Below are positions 20,746 to 22,713 of a DNA stretch of 22,713 nt, piece after piece (the stretch's first letter is position 1; each line of letters begins with the position of its first letter). Source of the DNA: Chiloscyllium plagiosum (taxonomy: Eukaryota); NCBI RefSeq assembly GCF_004010195.1, contig NC_057719.1:64107196-64129908 (forward strand), read 5' to 3'. A program made the translations under genes and the position numbers. The notes beneath the pieces were generated by a model. That model saw only the letters and a program-made list of their open reading frames with translations, ran no database searches and was not told where the DNA came from.

Positions 20746-21535
20746 AAGTATTGTATAATATTTCAATGTAACAAAAATACGCCAAGGTAACTCACAAGAC
20801 AATATAAAATAAAACTTCACACATAAGGAAAAATTAAGACAGATGGCCAAAGCCTCAGACAAAAAAAATAGGTTTTGGTGTGTCTTAAGGAGAAGTTTAG
20901 TGAGGAAATTACAGGGTAAGGGAATTTGACAGCTGAAGGCCTAGTCTTTGGTGTGTTGGGATTAAAATTGGCAATGCTCAAGAGGTTGGAATTACAGTAC
21001 AGATATCTCAGAGAGTTTTAGAGCTGGTGAGATAGGATATTTTAAAATGAAAACATAAATGATAATCTTAATATTGAGGCATTATATTGGGAACCAGTGT
21101 AAGTCACAAACACAGGAGGCCTAGTTAGCAACTTATGGTGTAAGAGGTCACAAGCAGAGTTATGAATGAGTTCCAGGGATGAAGTTGGAAGAATGGCCAG
21201 GAGAGTATTGGAATAGTCAAGTCTAAAGGGGCAAAAAGCATGCATGAAGGTTTCAGCAGCTGATGAGCTGGGAGACGGTGGAGTAGGACAATATCACTAA
21301 GATGAAAATGAGCTGTTTTAGTGATGTTGCAGATATGTGTTTAGAAATCCACTAAAGGGCAGATATGACACCAAGGATGCATTCTGGTTCAACCTCAGAC
21401 AGTTGGATGGATGGAGTCAGCAGCTATGAATGGAATATACGATGGAGACTGAAGATAATGGCTTCAGTCTTGTTACTAGGAAATCTCTGCTCATTCAATA
21501 CTGCATGCTCAACAAGCATTTTGGTAAAGCAGTGT
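20746..21535 (-). mobile_element. Old L2 LINE, 3' part
   Basis: ORF 21042..21245 gives HAFCPFRLDYSNTLLAILP...LELIHNSA, matching the L2 motif HAFVTSRLDYxNxLLxGLP...LQxxQNxA. Confidence 0.8.
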
Positions 21536-21547
21536 TTACGGGGGATC

Positions 21548-21559
21548 CAAGATGGCGGC
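21548..21559 (+). promoter_or_regulatory. YY1 consensus site at the L1 5' end
   Basis: caagatggcggc matches the YY1 consensus and begins 8 nt after the first G of the element. Confidence 0.7.
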
Positions 21560-21711
21560 GACCCAGCAAGACTGAGTCTATAGTGCTCCTCCCAAGACTT
21601 GGGTACAGTGGGTCACCCACCCCCTACCACGCTCACCAAATCATTTATAATAGTTGTGTAATTTAATTAGTTGTGTAATATTACATTTAAACAATTTAAT
21701 CCTAAGTAAAA

Positions 21712-22516
21712 ATGACTAAAGGGAAGGGAGCCCGCAGCTCTTAGCAAGCAGGAACCCCTCCCCCACCCTCTCCAGCGGTAGCAGAGGAGTCCACAGCCGC
21801 CCCAGGGGACTTACCTACAGTGACAAGCCTTGCAGAAATGATTTCCAAGCTGGATTCGAAGATCGATGCCTTTATTGCAGAATCCAGAAATCGTTGGGAC
21901 TCGCTCTCGGCCGCGCTGCCGAAGCACGACCGAGAAATCCAAGAAATTGAGCGCCGAGTCGGAGGGGCGGAGTTAAAGGCCGCGACCTCCGAAACTACCG
22001 CTCAATCGGCCGTGGATCAGGTCTGGACTCTCGAGCAGCGAGTTCGGACCTTGGAAAATCATATATCGAGGTCGTCGAAAAAATATTCGTTTGCTGGGCC
22101 TTCCCGAACGGCTGCCACAGCTTTTAAATCTGCAAGCTGGATCAGGCCAGGTAAGGGTGGAATGGGCCTACCGGGTCGCAATACGCGGGCCTGGCTCGAA
22201 CCAGCACCCACGCCCGGTCCTGTTCCGGCTGCAGAGCTACAAGGAGAGGCAGATACTCCTAGAAGCCTCTAGAAATCTCGGAAAAGACCCCCAAGCTATG
22301 ATCTATAAAGGATCCAAGATCATGCTATTTCAGGACTTTACCCCGGCTCTGGTTCGAAAGAGGAAGGCATTCGACAAGGCGAAGAAGCGTTTAAGGGTCT
22401 TAAATATTCAGTACTCCTTACGCTACCCAGCGACGTTACGCTTTAACCATGAAGGATCCGTATATAACTTTGGATCACCAGAAAAGGCTAAGGAATTCTT
22501 GGACTCTCTTAGATAA
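21712..22516 (+). pseudogene. Disabled L1 ORF1p (coiled coil-RRM-CTD, Transposase_22-type)
   Basis: ATG at 21712, TAG at 21742-21744, coiled-coil heptads and a frameshift at about 22064. Then RGRRKNIRLLGLPE, PRPVLFRL, IMLFQDF, RKRKAF and YSLRYPATLR, ending at stop 22514-22516. Confidence 0.9.
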
Positions 22517-22713
22517 ACTGTAAGACATAATGGATGTTGGTTTGCCTTTCCCCCTGCTTTGGTTTATATCCCCCCCTTTTTTTTTCTCTTACCTTACTGT
22601 TTAATATTATCATGGGGGGTGGGGAGAGGGATTTGATTTTCTCCCCCCCCCGGGGTTGTTTTCTGTTATTATTTTATGTATATATGAGGGATGTATGTAT
22701 ATGTGTGTGTGTA

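Larger units (their letters stand above)
21540..22713 (+). mobile_element. L1-clade LINE with intact 5' end (5' UTR, ORF1, inter-ORF spacer); probably continues beyond the window
   Basis: Starts ggggg-atccaagatggcggc. CpG-rich, with an L1 ORF1p and a T/G-run-rich spacer after 22516. Confidence 0.9.

Overview
Eukaryotic, repeat-dense, non-coding (intronic or intergenic) DNA. It is almost certainly from a cartilaginous fish (shark or ray), inferred from HE1-type V-SINEs, HER1/CR1 LINEs, Deu-domain SINE relics and shark-type Penelope terminal repeats. I recognised no intact host gene. The window is a nested pile of retroelements (CR1, L2, a second CR1/L2-group LINE, a 5'-complete L1, Penelope-like elements, several tRNA-SINEs, a probable solo LTR), plus a TA-flanked Tc1/mariner-type MITE, a decayed PIF/Harbinger Myb/SANT gene and a 562-nt N gap. 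The most interesting structure is at 13.8-14.5 kb: an internally deleted Penelope-like element whose terminal segment is amplified into a 103-bp tandem array. On the minus strand each unit carries a minimal hammerhead-ribozyme motif (CUGAUGA-A-GGGC-UUUU-GCCC-GAA-ACGU-C) with a palindromic helix III suited to dimeric cleavage. This is a retrozyme-like arrangement that could release 103-nt, possibly circular, RNAs. Activity is unproven and an assembly artefact is not excluded. Family names come from recalled motifs, not database searches, and the boundaries of old repeats are approximate.
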